Positions 12,695 to 23,557 of a stretch of 64,000 nt of DNA are shown piece by piece. Within the stretch, counting starts at the first letter, position 1. Every line of letters starts with the position of its first letter. Below the pieces are notes generated by a model that had not been told where the DNA came from, searched no databases, and saw only the letters and a list, made by a program, of their open reading frames with translations. This DNA is from Thermodesulfobacteriota bacterium. Lineage in GTDB: Bacteria; Desulfobacterota_D; UBA1144. The stretch is from the NCBI GenBank assembly GCA_036337225.1, contig JAYZEP010000008.1, positions 1,001 through 65,000 on the forward strand. The letters run 5' to 3'. A program made the position numbers and the translations under genes.

Positions 12695-12818
12695 ACCTAG
12701 AACCTGGAACGACTAAATTCTCTCATGAAACAAACTTGTAGTCAAACTTGGATATTGACTATTTTTTATCTAGAAAATCATTTAAAGTTTATTGGAGAAA
12801 GACTTTAAAGAGATATAA

Positions 12819-14564
12819 ATGCCAAGAGGAAGAATACGTCGTTCCATATATAATTTATGGACTAATCAATATACCTATTTCATATTAATCGGTTTTATCG
12901 TTGGGATTTGTGCAGGCTTTTCAAATCTGATTTTTCATTTCTTATACAATACAATTTCTTCATTATTTCTTTCTCCACTTGCAGAGAAGAATCTGGTTAT
13001 CTTCGGAACAATTATTGGTGGGCTTATTTTATTTTTTCTGACATACGTTGGTAAAAAAGATGATATTCTAGGATATAAATTTCATAGGTTTATCCATAAT
13101 ATTTCTCAGGGTAGCGGAATAATAACCGCCAAAGAGACAATAATTAAAACTTTTTCTCAGATAGTATCTTTGGGCTTTGGGGGTTCCGTCGGACAAGAAG
13201 GTCCTATGGCACAATTAGGTGGTTCAATCGGTAGTATCGTAGGACAAAAAATAAGGATCAAAAAGGGTGATTTGAAAATATTTATTGCATGTGGTATTGC
13301 TGGTGCAATAGCCGCAACATTTCATGCTCCAATAACCGGGGTTCTTTTTGTTGAAGAGGTAACACTCCTGAGGAACATAAAAATTAGAAGCTTCTTGCCT
13401 GTTGTTATTTCGGCAGCAACCGCAACTGTAGTGTCAGCTTTTTATAGCTCCGAGGACAGTGTATTTTACAATGTTGTCTTCTCGTTAGTTAACTATAAAG
13501 AACTTTTTATCTACGCTTTGATGGGGATCGCCATAGGTTTTGGCGCAGCTTTCTTTACCAAATTACATTTCAATATAGAGAGAATATTTGAAAACCTCTT
13601 TCCCGAGCAAAGAATAAGACCTTTAATTGGCGGAGTTATTTTAGGGCTTATTGCTTTTGCTCCTCTAGGCTTAGGAATGGATGTCTTAGGTAACGGTCAC
13701 GATGCAATAAGAAAAGCTCTTTCTCATGAATACACTTTGTGGATTGCCATTGGAATACTTCTATTGAAACCACTCGCGACATCGATAACCCTTAGTAGTG
13801 GATGGCCCGGGGGGATATTTGCACCATCGATATTTATAGGTGCTTTGTGTGGGTATCTATTTGGGTTTGGAGTAGAAAACATTTTTTCCTTTGCCTCCGC
13901 ACACCAAGGAAGTTTAACAACGTCTTATGCCATCGTAGGAATGGGAACATTTCTCGCAGCAATGACCCAAGCGCCTTTAACATCAATATTTTTTATTTTT
14001 GAGATAACTCAGACTTATGAGGCTGTCTTGCCCATTATGGTAAGTTCTGTCATTGGGACATCCATTTATAGATTAATGATAGGAAGATCTTTTGAGGCGT
14101 GCTATTTAAGGAAAGATAATATCGAGTTAGTGCAAAATGAAGAATCCCACATATTAAGCAATATGAAGGTAAGTGAAATTATGAAAAGAAATGTTGTCAC
14201 AATCCCGGAGAAAATGTCTCTTGGTAAATTCATCGAGTTTCTTCCAACGACTCAACTAACCACTTTTCCTTTAATTGACGAAAATGACAATTTATCAGGA
14301 ATAATATCTGTTCAAGATTACAGAGGATGGGTTCTTGAAGATTCTTTAAGAGATGTTGTTGTCATGAAAGATTTGGCCTCAACAAATGTAAACACCGTAA
14401 CTCCAGAAGAATCTATGCTGGAAGTGCTTAAACATTGGGACAAAGGAGACATTTTACCAGTAGTCGCCCAGCCTGGATCAAAGAAAATTATAGGAATCCT
14501 ATCACGAAGAGATGCGTTGATAGCCTACAACAAAGCGCTTAGCGAAGAATCCTCAGAGATTTAA
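12819..14564 (+). CDS. ClC-family anion channel/transporter with tandem CBS domains
   Basis: GGSVGQEGP, GGIFAP, APLTSIFFIFEIT; C-terminal CBS pair. Confidence 0.92.
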   Translation: MPRGRIRRSIYNLWTNQYTYFILIGFIVGICAGFSNLIFHFLYNTISSLFLSPLAEKNLVIFGTIIGGLILFFLTYVGKKDDILGYKFHRFIHNISQGSGIITAKETIIKTFSQIVSLGFGGSVGQEGPMAQLGGSIGSIVGQKIRIKKGDLKIFIACGIAGAIAATFHAPITGVLFVEEVTLLRNIKIRSFLPVVISAATATVVSAFYSSEDSVFYNVVFSLVNYKELFIYALMGIAIGFGAAFFTKLHFNIERIFENLFPEQRIRPLIGGVILGLIAFAPLGLGMDVLGNGHDAIRKALSHEYTLWIAIGILLLKPLATSITLSSGWPGGIFAPSIFIGALCGYLFGFGVENIFSFASAHQGSLTTSYAIVGMGTFLAAMTQAPLTSIFFIFEITQTYEAVLPIMVSSVIGTSIYRLMIGRSFEACYLRKDNIELVQNEESHILSNMKVSEIMKRNVVTIPEKMSLGKFIEFLPTTQLTTFPLIDENDNLSGIISVQDYRGWVLEDSLRDVVVMKDLASTNVNTVTPEESMLEVLKHWDKGDILPVVAQPGSKKIIGILSRRDALIAYNKALSEESSEI

Positions 14565-15763
14565 TTTTTTTTCAATAGATAATCTATTTCATATCCAGTT
14601 GCTAATGAACCAATTTTTGAAATAGTCTCCAATGCGGGATTAAGAAAATTTTGACAATTATCACTGCCCTTATCAAGGCACAAGCACTGAAAATACATAC
14701 CTTTTGTATTTAAATTTTCTACCGAACTTCGTAGGTCGTTAACGCGGTAAAAACCTCCGACTAATTCCCCATTAATCAGATAGTATACAGGTTCTTTGTT
14801 TGAATAAATTGTTTCTACCCCTTCTTGAATAACAACTTCTTTTAGCAGGTTGCCACCTTTTGAGACTTTCATTTTTTTTCTTCCGTCTCTATTTAAGTCT
14901 ATTATGTCTTTACCTTTGTCAATTTGCATTACCGACATTCCATAGGTCCCGGTGTTGCTTTTAATGAATAAAATGGGATGTTCCATGTTGTGATAAACCG
15001 ATAACTCATGCAGCATCTTGTTAGATAGGTTCGCCAATCTTTCTCTATCTTCAATTATTTCAAAATTTATATTCTCAGCAAGTTGGGTCCGTAAAGAAAA
15101 ATGAAAAGGATCCATATTGATGAGTTCACTAAATTCACTAACTAGCTTATTGTAAAATTCAAAATGTATATTTTTCTTTCTCGAGTGCCAGCCCACCTCT
15201 GGAGGTGGAGTAACTATCTGTTCCAGATTAGATAAAATTGGTGGTGACGAATCGGAAAAATCATTGTTGATCAAAATAATATCGGGATCGAAATCCGAAA
15301 GGAGTAGTCTGTTGTCTTTTCTCACTACTGGCTCTCCAGCAACTTGTATCGTTGACGATGATTTAAAATTCATAACCGATTTCTTCTCGGAAATTACTCC
15401 AACTCTGGCTTCGAGACCCGCATTTTTCAAAATATTAAGAATCGAAAGTATATTGTCCCAATAAAAAGGATTTCTAGTATGGAGCTCGGGGATAATTAAT
15501 ACTTTTCTTATTTTTGACTTATGAGTTACTTTTTTATAGTCCTTGGTCAGGGTAAACGCATTAGATAAGAATCTTTCACATAAATTATTAAATCCGGCCG
15601 GGAAGATATTAGTATCAACGGCTGCAATCTTGTTCTTGGAAACTCGCAAGTCAACTGACGTATAAAAAGGTATTTTTGTTTGTGATTTTTTCCACTCAAT
15701 CCAAGAATCTATTTCTTTTTTATTATCAAGTACTACTTGATTAATCTTTTCTAAGAATTCCAT
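14561..15763 (-). CDS. gshA: Glutamate--cysteine ligase (Acidithiobacillus-type GshA family)
   Basis: PFYTSVDLR..KIAAVDTNIFPAGFNNL, IPELHTRNPFY, GTYGM, EPVYY, GGFYR, NLN. Confidence 0.88.
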   Translation of the reverse strand: MEFLEKINQVVLDNKKEIDSWIEWKKSQTKIPFYTSVDLRVSKNKIAAVDTNIFPAGFNNLCERFLSNAFTLTKDYKKVTHKSKIRKVLIIPELHTRNPFYWDNILSILNILKNAGLEARVGVISEKKSVMNFKSSSTIQVAGEPVVRKDNRLLLSDFDPDIILINNDFSDSSPPILSNLEQIVTPPPEVGWHSRKKNIHFEFYNKLVSEFSELINMDPFHFSLRTQLAENINFEIIEDRERLANLSNKMLHELSVYHNMEHPILFIKSNTGTYGMSVMQIDKGKDIIDLNRDGRKKMKVSKGGNLLKEVVIQEGVETIYSNKEPVYYLINGELVGGFYRVNDLRSSVENLNTKGMYFQCLCLDKGSDNCQNFLNPALETISKIGSLATGYEIDYLLKKN

Positions 15764-15776
15764 TTCGAAAAAATAA

Positions 15777-16664
15777 CTACTCGAAGGATTGCTCTATTGC
15801 TTCAACAATCTTTAAAAGAGCATTTCCATCACCACCCGATACAACATAACCATTCACGATAAACGTTGGTGTTGAATTAATACCAAGAACCTTGGCTTCA
15901 TTCAAATCAGCTTTGACAATAGAAACATATTTATCATCCCTGTATGAATTAAGACATTCTTCATATGCAAAATCAAGATTGGCATCATTAAAAAATTGTG
16001 CGACATCTTCTTTGAAAGATTTTTCCTCAATTTTATCTTGCGAATTAAAGATTAGATCATGTGCTAACCAGAATTGCTCACTACCAAAGCTTTGATTAAT
16101 ACAAGTTGTATAATAGGCAGCATCATCAGCCCATTTGTGAAAATGTAGAGGAAAGTGTTTGTAATAAAAGGTAATTTTTTCACCGTACATTTCTTTTAAT
16201 TTTGAAACAATATTATCTGCCGCAACTTTACATGCAGGACATTGGAAATCTGAGTACTCTATTATTTTGACTGATTCTGGACTATTGGACCCATAGCTTG
16301 GGGTATTTGATAAATTTATATTGTCCATTATTGCTTCATTTCGAGATCCTCCAGAGAAAGTATAGAGTTGAGGATTAAAGATAATATGATTGCCATCGTT
16401 TGAGACTAAAAAAGACAGCTGTTGTGTTTTGTCTAATTTCTTAAAAAGTATTGAGCCCTCTTGAAGTCCTTTTACGGGAGAGGCCTTAAGAGGAGTAATT
16501 GATATTAATGCATCATCTGAGATGGTGTCTCCAAAGTGTTCTTTAAATTTTTTTAAAACCTCTTCCTTTGTAGTATTGGATTGATTTGTATCCATATCCC
16601 TTAAGTAATCACAGCCAACAAAAAGGAATAACAATAGAAGGCTGAATGTAAATATGTTTCTCAT
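15777..16664 (-). CDS. DsbA/thioredoxin-like lipoprotein
   Basis: Lipobox-like FVGC, EYSDFQCPAC, HFPL..H, GINSTPTF.VNG. Confidence 0.88.
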   Translation of the reverse strand: MRNIFTFSLLLLFLFVGCDYLRDMDTNQSNTTKEEVLKKFKEHFGDTISDDALISITPLKASPVKGLQEGSILFKKLDKTQQLSFLVSNDGNHIIFNPQLYTFSGGSRNEAIMDNINLSNTPSYGSNSPESVKIIEYSDFQCPACKVAADNIVSKLKEMYGEKITFYYKHFPLHFHKWADDAAYYTTCINQSFGSEQFWLAHDLIFNSQDKIEEKSFKEDVAQFFNDANLDFAYEECLNSYRDDKYVSIVKADLNEAKVLGINSTPTFIVNGYVVSGGDGNALLKIVEAIEQSFE

Positions 16665-17959
16665 TTTGATTTAAGGACTCTTTTTAATATAAATTCAGCA
16701 TTCGCAAATAAATTCTTAAAACTAAAACATTCTCTAATTTCTTTTTTATTTAAATATTTGGTAATTTGTCGATTGACAGATAGCAGATCTTGAAAGTCTT
16801 TCTTCTGTGTCCAGGAATGAATAGCAGTATCTTGAACTATCTTGTAGGACTGTTCTCTAGTTAGGCCTTTCTCTATGAGCTTAACTAGGACATTCTGAGA
16901 AAAGATAACACCATTTGATTTCCATATATTTGATAACATGTTATCAGGATAGACATTCAAGTTTGCTAACATATAATTCACTCTGTCCAACATGAAATGA
17001 GTAAGTATTGAGGAGTCAGGTCCAATAACCCTTTCTACAGAAGAGTGGCTAATGTCTCGTTCGTGCCATAGCGGAATGTTTTCAAATGACGCAGCAGCAT
17101 TAGCCCTAACAATTCTTGAAAGACCTGTTAGGTTTTCCGACAAAATAGGATTTCGTTTGTGGGGCATCGCAGAAGAACCTTTTTGACCTTTCAAAAAGGG
17201 TTCTTCCACCTCTAAGACCTCAGTTCGTTGCATATGCCTAATTTGTATAGCAATTCTTTCTATGGCTGAGGCAATAAAGGCAAGAGAAGAAAAATAGTCG
17301 GCATGATAATCTCTATTGATAATTTGACTACTTATTTTTGCTGGTTTCAATTTTAGGATAGAGCATGCTTTAGCTTCAATCTTAGGTAGAACATTAGAAT
17401 ACGTTCCCACAGCTCCAGAGATTTTGCCAACATTGCAGATATTTATGGAATTTTCAAGTCTTTTTCTAGATCTTTTGATTTCATCAAGCCAATTCGCTAC
17501 TACAAGTCCGAAAGTAGTGACTTCCGCATGTATACCGTGTGATCTTCCTATTATTGGAGTTTTAATATATCTCGTAGACATCTTCATTAAAGTCTTAATG
17601 AGCTTATCAAGTTCTAATTTTATCATATTGCCTGATTCAACAATCAACAGGGAAAGTGCTGTATCCAAGACGTCTGACGAGGTGAGACCTAGATGGATAA
17701 ATCTTGAATCTTTACCTATTGACTCAGCAAGGTTTGTAGTAAAGGCAATAACATCATGTTTAGTTGTCTTCTCAATTGCCTCAATTCTTTTTACGGAGAA
17801 TTTGGCTTTTTTCTTGATGTTTTTCAACGAAGATTTCGGGATATGGCCATAAAAGCTCCAGGCTTCACAAACGGCAATTTCAACATCAAGCCACTTTTGA
17901 TATCTATTTTGATCCGACCAAACAGACTCCATTCGATCCAAACTATATCTTTTAATCAT
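16661..17959 (-). CDS. purB: Adenylosuccinate lyase
   Basis: MI.RYS, HDVIAF, HLGLTSSD, GRSHGIHAE, GSSAMPHKRNP. Confidence 0.97.
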   Translation of the reverse strand: MIKRYSLDRMESVWSDQNRYQKWLDVEIAVCEAWSFYGHIPKSSLKNIKKKAKFSVKRIEAIEKTTKHDVIAFTTNLAESIGKDSRFIHLGLTSSDVLDTALSLLIVESGNMIKLELDKLIKTLMKMSTRYIKTPIIGRSHGIHAEVTTFGLVVANWLDEIKRSRKRLENSINICNVGKISGAVGTYSNVLPKIEAKACSILKLKPAKISSQIINRDYHADYFSSLAFIASAIERIAIQIRHMQRTEVLEVEEPFLKGQKGSSAMPHKRNPILSENLTGLSRIVRANAAASFENIPLWHERDISHSSVERVIGPDSSILTHFMLDRVNYMLANLNVYPDNMLSNIWKSNGVIFSQNVLVKLIEKGLTREQSYKIVQDTAIHSWTQKKDFQDLLSVNRQITKYLNKKEIRECFSFKNLFANAEFILKRVLKSK

Positions 17960-18043
17960 AGAATCCCTTGAGAATATTAGCATAACATTTTTTCCAAGTT
18001 CTTTCTTGAACTTGTCAATTGAACTTGATTCATTATAATTTTC

Positions 18044-19066
18044 ATGATGAATCCATTAAGAATAATTTTTTCAATGATTAGCGCAATTGCGGGTTTTTGG
18101 ATTACGTTTAGCGGGGCTGAAACAGACCAGAGGCTGCTGCTTCCATACTCAGTTGGCATAGGCGTGTTTTGTGGTATGTTGACATTTGCTTTTGTTTACT
18201 ATGCTGAGAAAATATTCACCAATTTAAGTGCTAAGGCGCTTATTGGTGCAACAATTGGTATTGCTGCCGCATTATTATTGTTTTTAACTTTTAACTATTT
18301 CTCCCAGATAGTAGGGTTAAATAGCAAATATCCTCCTTTGACATATCCGGTAGTTTTTTTATGTACTATATGCCTCGGAATCGCAATTGGCCTAAAGAAA
18401 GGAGGGGATCCAGAATCAGCGAAAAAGAGTGATGATGAATACATATTTGCTAAAATTCTTGATACAAGCGCAATAATTGATGGAAGGATTTCTGATGTCT
18501 CCGAAGTTGGTTTCATAGAAGGATCAATTGTAGTACCTCAATTTGTTATTAGAGAACTACAGTGGATAGCCGATTCAAATGATCCCTTAAAGAAAGTTAG
18601 GGGGAGGAGAGGGCTCGAAATATTAAAAAAAATGCAAGATCAGAAAAATGTTAAAGTTAAAATTCTCGATAGAGATTTTACTAGCATAAAAGAAGTAGAT
18701 TTAAAACTAGTAAGGCTTGCCAAGGAGCTTAAGGCTCATCTTGTCACAAACGATTTCAATCTAACTAAAGTTGCCAATCTCCAAGGTGTCAAAGTTCTCA
18801 ATGTAAACCAACTAGCTAATTCTTTAAGGCCTGTGATTCTTCCTGGTGAGCATATGAAGATTAAGGTTATCAAAGAGGGTAAGGACGAGAATCAGGGAGT
18901 CGGATATCTAGATGATGGAACGATGGTGGTAATTGATAATGCAAAAAGACACATTAGCGAAGAGATAAATATTGTGATAACTAGCGTAATTCAAACCCCA
19001 ACCGGTCGGATGATATTCTCCAAATTGGGCGACATTAGAGACAAAGATAGCACCATATCGAACTAG
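18044..19066 (+). CDS. Membrane PIN/TRAM domain protein (YacL-like)
   Basis: 4 TM, ILDTSAIIDGRI, RGRRGLEIL, TNDFNL, GVGYLDDGTMVV; conserved position upstream of ispDF. Confidence 0.93.
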   Translation: MMNPLRIIFSMISAIAGFWITFSGAETDQRLLLPYSVGIGVFCGMLTFAFVYYAEKIFTNLSAKALIGATIGIAAALLLFLTFNYFSQIVGLNSKYPPLTYPVVFLCTICLGIAIGLKKGGDPESAKKSDDEYIFAKILDTSAIIDGRISDVSEVGFIEGSIVVPQFVIRELQWIADSNDPLKKVRGRRGLEILKKMQDQKNVKVKILDRDFTSIKEVDLKLVRLAKELKAHLVTNDFNLTKVANLQGVKVLNVNQLANSLRPVILPGEHMKIKVIKEGKDENQGVGYLDDGTMVVIDNAKRHISEEINIVITSVIQTPTGRMIFSKLGDIRDKDSTISN

Positions 19067-19068
19067 CA

Positions 19069-19764
19069 ATGCCTCAGAAAAGCTTATCTTTCATAATAAC
19101 CTCAGCGGGAAAAGGATTGAGGTTTGGTACAACTAAGAATGGTAAGCAATTCGAATTAATAAACGACATACCAGTTTTGATCTATTCTCTCAAGACAATA
19201 TCTAAGATAAAAAATAAACCTGAGATAATCTTAACAATTGATAAATCTGTAAAAATTCCATATGTTCAAAGATTATTAAGAAAATATTCTTTGGATACGA
19301 ATATTACAATTTGTAGTGGCGGCTCATCAAGAGCACAAAGTGTTTTTAATGGTTTTAAAAAAATAAAAAGAGACAATGGGTACGTTGTCGTACATGATGC
19401 CGTTAGGCCTAATCTAAATTTAAAACAGATAAGGAAAATGATTGAGCTAATTGGAAATTTTTCAGGAATAGTATTAGCGTCCAAGATTCACGATACAATT
19501 AAAAGAATAAAAAATAGCAAATCAATCAGTGATACAATTAACAGGGATGGTTTATGGGTTTCTGAAACACCACAAATCTTTAAGTATGCCGCTCTAAAAA
19601 AGTGCTATGAGAACGATAAACGGTTTTCCCAATATACCGACGAATCAGAGCTTCTTGAGAAGAATGGGTTCAAAGTTAGAGTGTTTAAAAACGATGGATA
19701 TAATAATAAAATAACAACTAAAAAAGATTTAAGGATATACGAGCTATTATTAAAGAATGTATAG
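19069..19764 (+). CDS. ispD: 2-C-methyl-D-erythritol 4-phosphate cytidylyltransferase
   Basis: AGKGLRFG..KQF, GG.SR..SV, VHDAVRP, ETPQ.F, TDES, KITT. Confidence 0.92.
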   Translation: MPQKSLSFIITSAGKGLRFGTTKNGKQFELINDIPVLIYSLKTISKIKNKPEIILTIDKSVKIPYVQRLLRKYSLDTNITICSGGSSRAQSVFNGFKKIKRDNGYVVVHDAVRPNLNLKQIRKMIELIGNFSGIVLASKIHDTIKRIKNSKSISDTINRDGLWVSETPQIFKYAALKKCYENDKRFSQYTDESELLEKNGFKVRVFKNDGYNNKITTKKDLRIYELLLKNV

Positions 19765-20230
19765 AATAGGTTTAGGGTACGATATTCATAGATTAGTTAA
19801 GAATAGAAAACTATTCATAGGGGGAGTGCTAATTCCTTCAATTTACGGCTTAGATGGACACTCGGATGCCGATGTACTAATCCATAGTATATGCGACTCC
19901 ATACTAGGCGCACTAGGAATGGGGGACATTGGGACACATTTTAGCAACAAGGATCCAAAATACAAAAATAAAAAAAGTACTTATTTCATGAATAAGGTAG
20001 TTCGAATGATGAGACAAGAAGGGTACAGAATTGTAAACATAGACTCTACGTTAATCTGTGAGAAACCAAAATTAAGTCGACATAGAAAGAAGATAACAAC
20101 ATCTCTTGAAAAAAAATTAAAAATTCCCAAAGGATGCATATCCATAAAGGCAACCACTTCCGAAGGACTTGGGGCTATTGGTGAAGGCATGGGAATTGCT
20201 TGCAAAACAATTGTTTTAATTGGGAATTAG
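19757..20230 (+). CDS. ispF: MECDP synthase
   Basis: RIGLGYDIH, GHSDADV, GDIGTHF, KATTSE. Confidence 0.96.
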   Translation: MYRIGLGYDIHRLVKNRKLFIGGVLIPSIYGLDGHSDADVLIHSICDSILGALGMGDIGTHFSNKDPKYKNKKSTYFMNKVVRMMRQEGYRIVNIDSTLICEKPKLSRHRKKITTSLEKKLKIPKGCISIKATTSEGLGAIGEGMGIACKTIVLIGN

Positions 20231-20236
20231 TTGGTT

Positions 20237-21133
20237 ATGGAATATTTTGTCTCAGGTAAAGGATTCTTAGGGGCAAAGAATCCTAGCATTCGAAATACTA
20301 GTGTAATTATAATCCCTTATGGATTAGAAAACACTGTAAGCTACGGCAAAGGCACGGCTAATGGACCAAGGGAAATAATCAAAGCATCTCATCAAGTTGA
20401 GCTTTATGATGAGGAACTTGGCTATGAACCTTACAAGAGGGTAGGAATAAGAACCATTAAGGAAAAGAAAGTCCCCCAAAACAATACTGAGGCGCTAAAG
20501 CTTTTAGAAAAAACAGTTGACGAAGTTTTGTCCCTAGGAATGTTCCCCTTTATTTTGGGAGGAGAGCACACAATTACAGCTGGATCGATCAAGCCGTTTA
20601 TTAAAGAATTTGAGGAACTGACGGTTGTTCACTTTGATGCACATGCTGATTTGAGGGACAAATACGAAGGAAAAAAATTGTCTCACGCATGCACCATGAG
20701 AAGATGTCTAGATTATAAAAATGTCAATATAGTTTCTATCGGCATAAGGAACATATCGCCTTCGGAAGCAGAGTTTGCTAAAAATAACCGGAAAAGAGTT
20801 AAGATCTTTTGGGCAAAAGATAAAGTTGGTTCCCAACTAAAAGATATTGTGAAACAAATAAAAGATAAAGTTGTATATATAAGTTTTGATCTTGATGTTT
20901 TCGACTCCAGTCTGATGGCAGCTACCGGAACTCCAGAGCCGGGAGGACTATTTTGGAATGAAACTATAGAAATAATAAAAGCCGTGGCGAAAAATTCTTT
21001 TGTTGTAGGGGCCGATATTACTGAACTTGCGCCAATAAAAAACTTTCACTCATATAATTTTCTTGCAGCAAAACTGTGCTACAAAACTATTTCATATATT
21101 TTTAGCAAAGAGCTTACAGATGAAGAGTCGTGA
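20237..21133 (+). CDS. speB: Agmatinase
   Basis: GGEHTIT, HFDAHADLR, SFDLDVFD, TGTPEPGG. Confidence 0.92.
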   Translation: MEYFVSGKGFLGAKNPSIRNTSVIIIPYGLENTVSYGKGTANGPREIIKASHQVELYDEELGYEPYKRVGIRTIKEKKVPQNNTEALKLLEKTVDEVLSLGMFPFILGGEHTITAGSIKPFIKEFEELTVVHFDAHADLRDKYEGKKLSHACTMRRCLDYKNVNIVSIGIRNISPSEAEFAKNNRKRVKIFWAKDKVGSQLKDIVKQIKDKVVYISFDLDVFDSSLMAATGTPEPGGLFWNETIEIIKAVAKNSFVVGADITELAPIKNFHSYNFLAAKLCYKTISYIFSKELTDEES

Positions 21134-21272
21134 CATCGCCTTGGAGTTCCTGTAGGGCGCATTATCCCTGACGAAGAGTTTTAACAAACGATCTTGCCTT
21201 AGTGGCTCAAAAAATAAAACAAGATAGTGTATATTTATACCTGGTAGAAATTAATTTTGGAGGTACTAAAAA

Positions 21273-21875
21273 ATGGCACATTCTTTACCTGAATTAGGCT
21301 ACGCGCATGATGCGCTGGAGCCACATATCGATGCTAAGACAATGGAAATACATCACTCGAAGCATCATCAAACTTATATTACTAATTTAAATGCAGCTCT
21401 AGAAAAATACCCCGAGCTCTTTGAAAAAAGCGTTGAGGCTTTATTAATAAATTTGGAGGATATACCTGAATCAATTAGAGTAGCAGTAAGAAACGGTGGC
21501 GGTGGCCATGCTAATCATTCTCTTTTTTGGAAAATAATATCTCCAAATGGATCCAAGGACCCTGAAGGGAAACTGGCTAGCGCTATCGACTCAGACTTTG
21601 GTAGTTTCGAAAATTTCCAAAAAGAATTTACAGAAAAAGCAACCAAGCAATTTGGCAGCGGCTGGGGATGGCTTTGTCAGGACAAAGCAGGAAAACTTGT
21701 ATGTACTTCGACTCCAAATCAGGACAGTCCTCTCTCCTCTGGACTAACACCATTGTTGGGAATAGATGTTTGGGAGCATGCATATTATCTAAACTATCAG
21801 AACAGACGGCCTGATTATATAAAAGCTTTCTGGGAAATTGTCAACTGGGAAGAAGTTGGAAAAAATTTCAAATAA
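21273..21875 (+). CDS. sodA: Superoxide dismutase, probably Mn-type
   Basis: [37 protein letters not shown]; SD GGAGG. Confidence 0.95.
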   Translation: MAHSLPELGYAHDALEPHIDAKTMEIHHSKHHQTYITNLNAALEKYPELFEKSVEALLINLEDIPESIRVAVRNGGGGHANHSLFWKIISPNGSKDPEGKLASAIDSDFGSFENFQKEFTEKATKQFGSGWGWLCQDKAGKLVCTSTPNQDSPLSSGLTPLLGIDVWEHAYYLNYQNRRPDYIKAFWEIVNWEEVGKNFK

Positions 21876-21876
21876 G

Positions 21877-23556
21877 ATGAAGAATAAAAAATTTTCATCC
21901 ATTGTAACAGAGGGCCTAGATAAAGCTCCTAACAGAGCAATGCTTAGAGCCGTCGGATTTAAAAATCCCGATTTTAACAAGCCTATGATTGGTGTCGCTT
22001 CGACTTGGGCCATGGTAACGCCGTGCAATATGCATATTAACAAATTGGCGGATGTGGCTTCCAAGGGAGTCAATACCAACGGAGGTAAGTCAATTATTTT
22101 TAATACTATCACCGTATCAGATGGGATATCAATGGGGACCCCAGGAATGAAATACTCACTCATATCAAGAGAAGTAATAGCAGATTCAATTGAAACGGTT
22201 GCTGGCGCTGAAGGATTTGATGGGCTTGTTGCTATTGGAGGATGTGATAAAAACATGCCTGGTTGCTTGATAGCAATGGCAAGACTCAATAGACCATCGA
22301 TTTTTATCTATGGAGGCTCTATAATGCCAGGAATCTACAATAAAAAGCCTGTTGATGTAGTGTCAGTCTTTGAAGCCGTAGGGGAATATTCAAATAAATC
22401 AATTTCAAAATCAGAACTAACAAAAATTGAAGAGTGCGCGATTCCCGGTCCTGGGTCCTGTGGTGGAATGTATACCGCAAATACTATGGCCTCCGCGATA
22501 GAAGCATTAGGCATGAGTCTACCTGGGAGTTCTACTCAAATTGCTATTTCAAAAAACAAAGAAGTAGACTGCCTTGAATCAGGCAAAGCTCTCTTGAATT
22601 TGATTAAAAAAGATATAAAGCCAAAAGACATAATGACTAAAAAAGCTTTTGAAAATGCAATTACAGTAGTTATCGCCCTAGGCGGATCTACCAACGCCGT
22701 ACTTCATCTTTTGGCAATGGCCAATGCTGCAGGAATCAATCTGAAGATAGACGATTTCACAAGAATTGGAAAAAGAGTTCCTGTCTTAGCCGACCTAAAA
22801 CCAAGCGGAACCTATATGATGGCAAAATTTTGCGAAATAGGTGGTTTGCCCCCTTTACTTAAGAGGCTTTTAAATGCAGGACTGCTCCATGGAGATTGTT
22901 TAACCGTAACTGGTAAATCAATTAAACAAAACTTAAATAGCATACGAGATAACTTAGGAACAGAGGTTATAAAAAACGTCAGGAATCCAATTAAAACAGA
23001 TAGTCACATTGTAATATTAAAAGGCAATATAGCTCCTGAAGGAGCTGTAGCAAAAATCTCTGGAAAAGAAGGTTATTCTTTTCGGGGAAAAGCAGTTGTT
23101 TTCAATTCTGAAGAAAAGTGCATGGATGCTATTTTGAAGAAAAAAATCCAAAAAGGTAGTGTGGTTGTCATTAGATATGAGGGCCCAAAGGGCGGCCCTG
23201 GAATGAGAGAGATGCTAGCTCCAACATCTGCAATCACTGGGCAAGGTTTAGGTTCTGATGTCGCGCTAATTACCGATGGACGATTTTCCGGAGGTACCCA
23301 CGGATTCGTTGTGGGACATATAACCCCTGAAGCTTTTGATGGTGGGACGATAGCATTAATTAAAAATGGCGACATCATAAAAATTAATTCTTCTAAACGA
23401 ACTATAGAGCTCGAAGTTTCGAAAAAAGAAATTAGCCTAAGAAAGAAAAAATGGAAACAGCCCTCTCAAAAACACCTTAATGGTGCCATGTATAAATATT
23501 CTGTACTTGTTAGTTCCGCCTCGAAAGGAGCCATAACAGATGGTAAGATTAGATAA
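21877..23556 (+). CDS. ilvD: Dihydroxy-acid dehydratase
   Basis: [42 protein letters not shown]. Confidence 0.97.
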   Translation: MKNKKFSSIVTEGLDKAPNRAMLRAVGFKNPDFNKPMIGVASTWAMVTPCNMHINKLADVASKGVNTNGGKSIIFNTITVSDGISMGTPGMKYSLISREVIADSIETVAGAEGFDGLVAIGGCDKNMPGCLIAMARLNRPSIFIYGGSIMPGIYNKKPVDVVSVFEAVGEYSNKSISKSELTKIEECAIPGPGSCGGMYTANTMASAIEALGMSLPGSSTQIAISKNKEVDCLESGKALLNLIKKDIKPKDIMTKKAFENAITVVIALGGSTNAVLHLLAMANAAGINLKIDDFTRIGKRVPVLADLKPSGTYMMAKFCEIGGLPPLLKRLLNAGLLHGDCLTVTGKSIKQNLNSIRDNLGTEVIKNVRNPIKTDSHIVILKGNIAPEGAVAKISGKEGYSFRGKAVVFNSEEKCMDAILKKKIQKGSVVVIRYEGPKGGPGMREMLAPTSAITGQGLGSDVALITDGRFSGGTHGFVVGHITPEAFDGGTIALIKNGDIIKINSSKRTIELEVSKKEISLRKKKWKQPSQKHLNGAMYKYSVLVSSASKGAITDGKIR

Positions 23557-23557
23557 T

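Noticed and set aside
18044-19066. PIN domain as a toxin-antitoxin toxin
   Set aside because: Membrane PIN/TRAM (YacL) architecture in its usual position before ispDF; no antitoxin
21168-21195. CTGACGA resembling a hammerhead ribozyme core
   Set aside because: No stem II followed by the required GAAA
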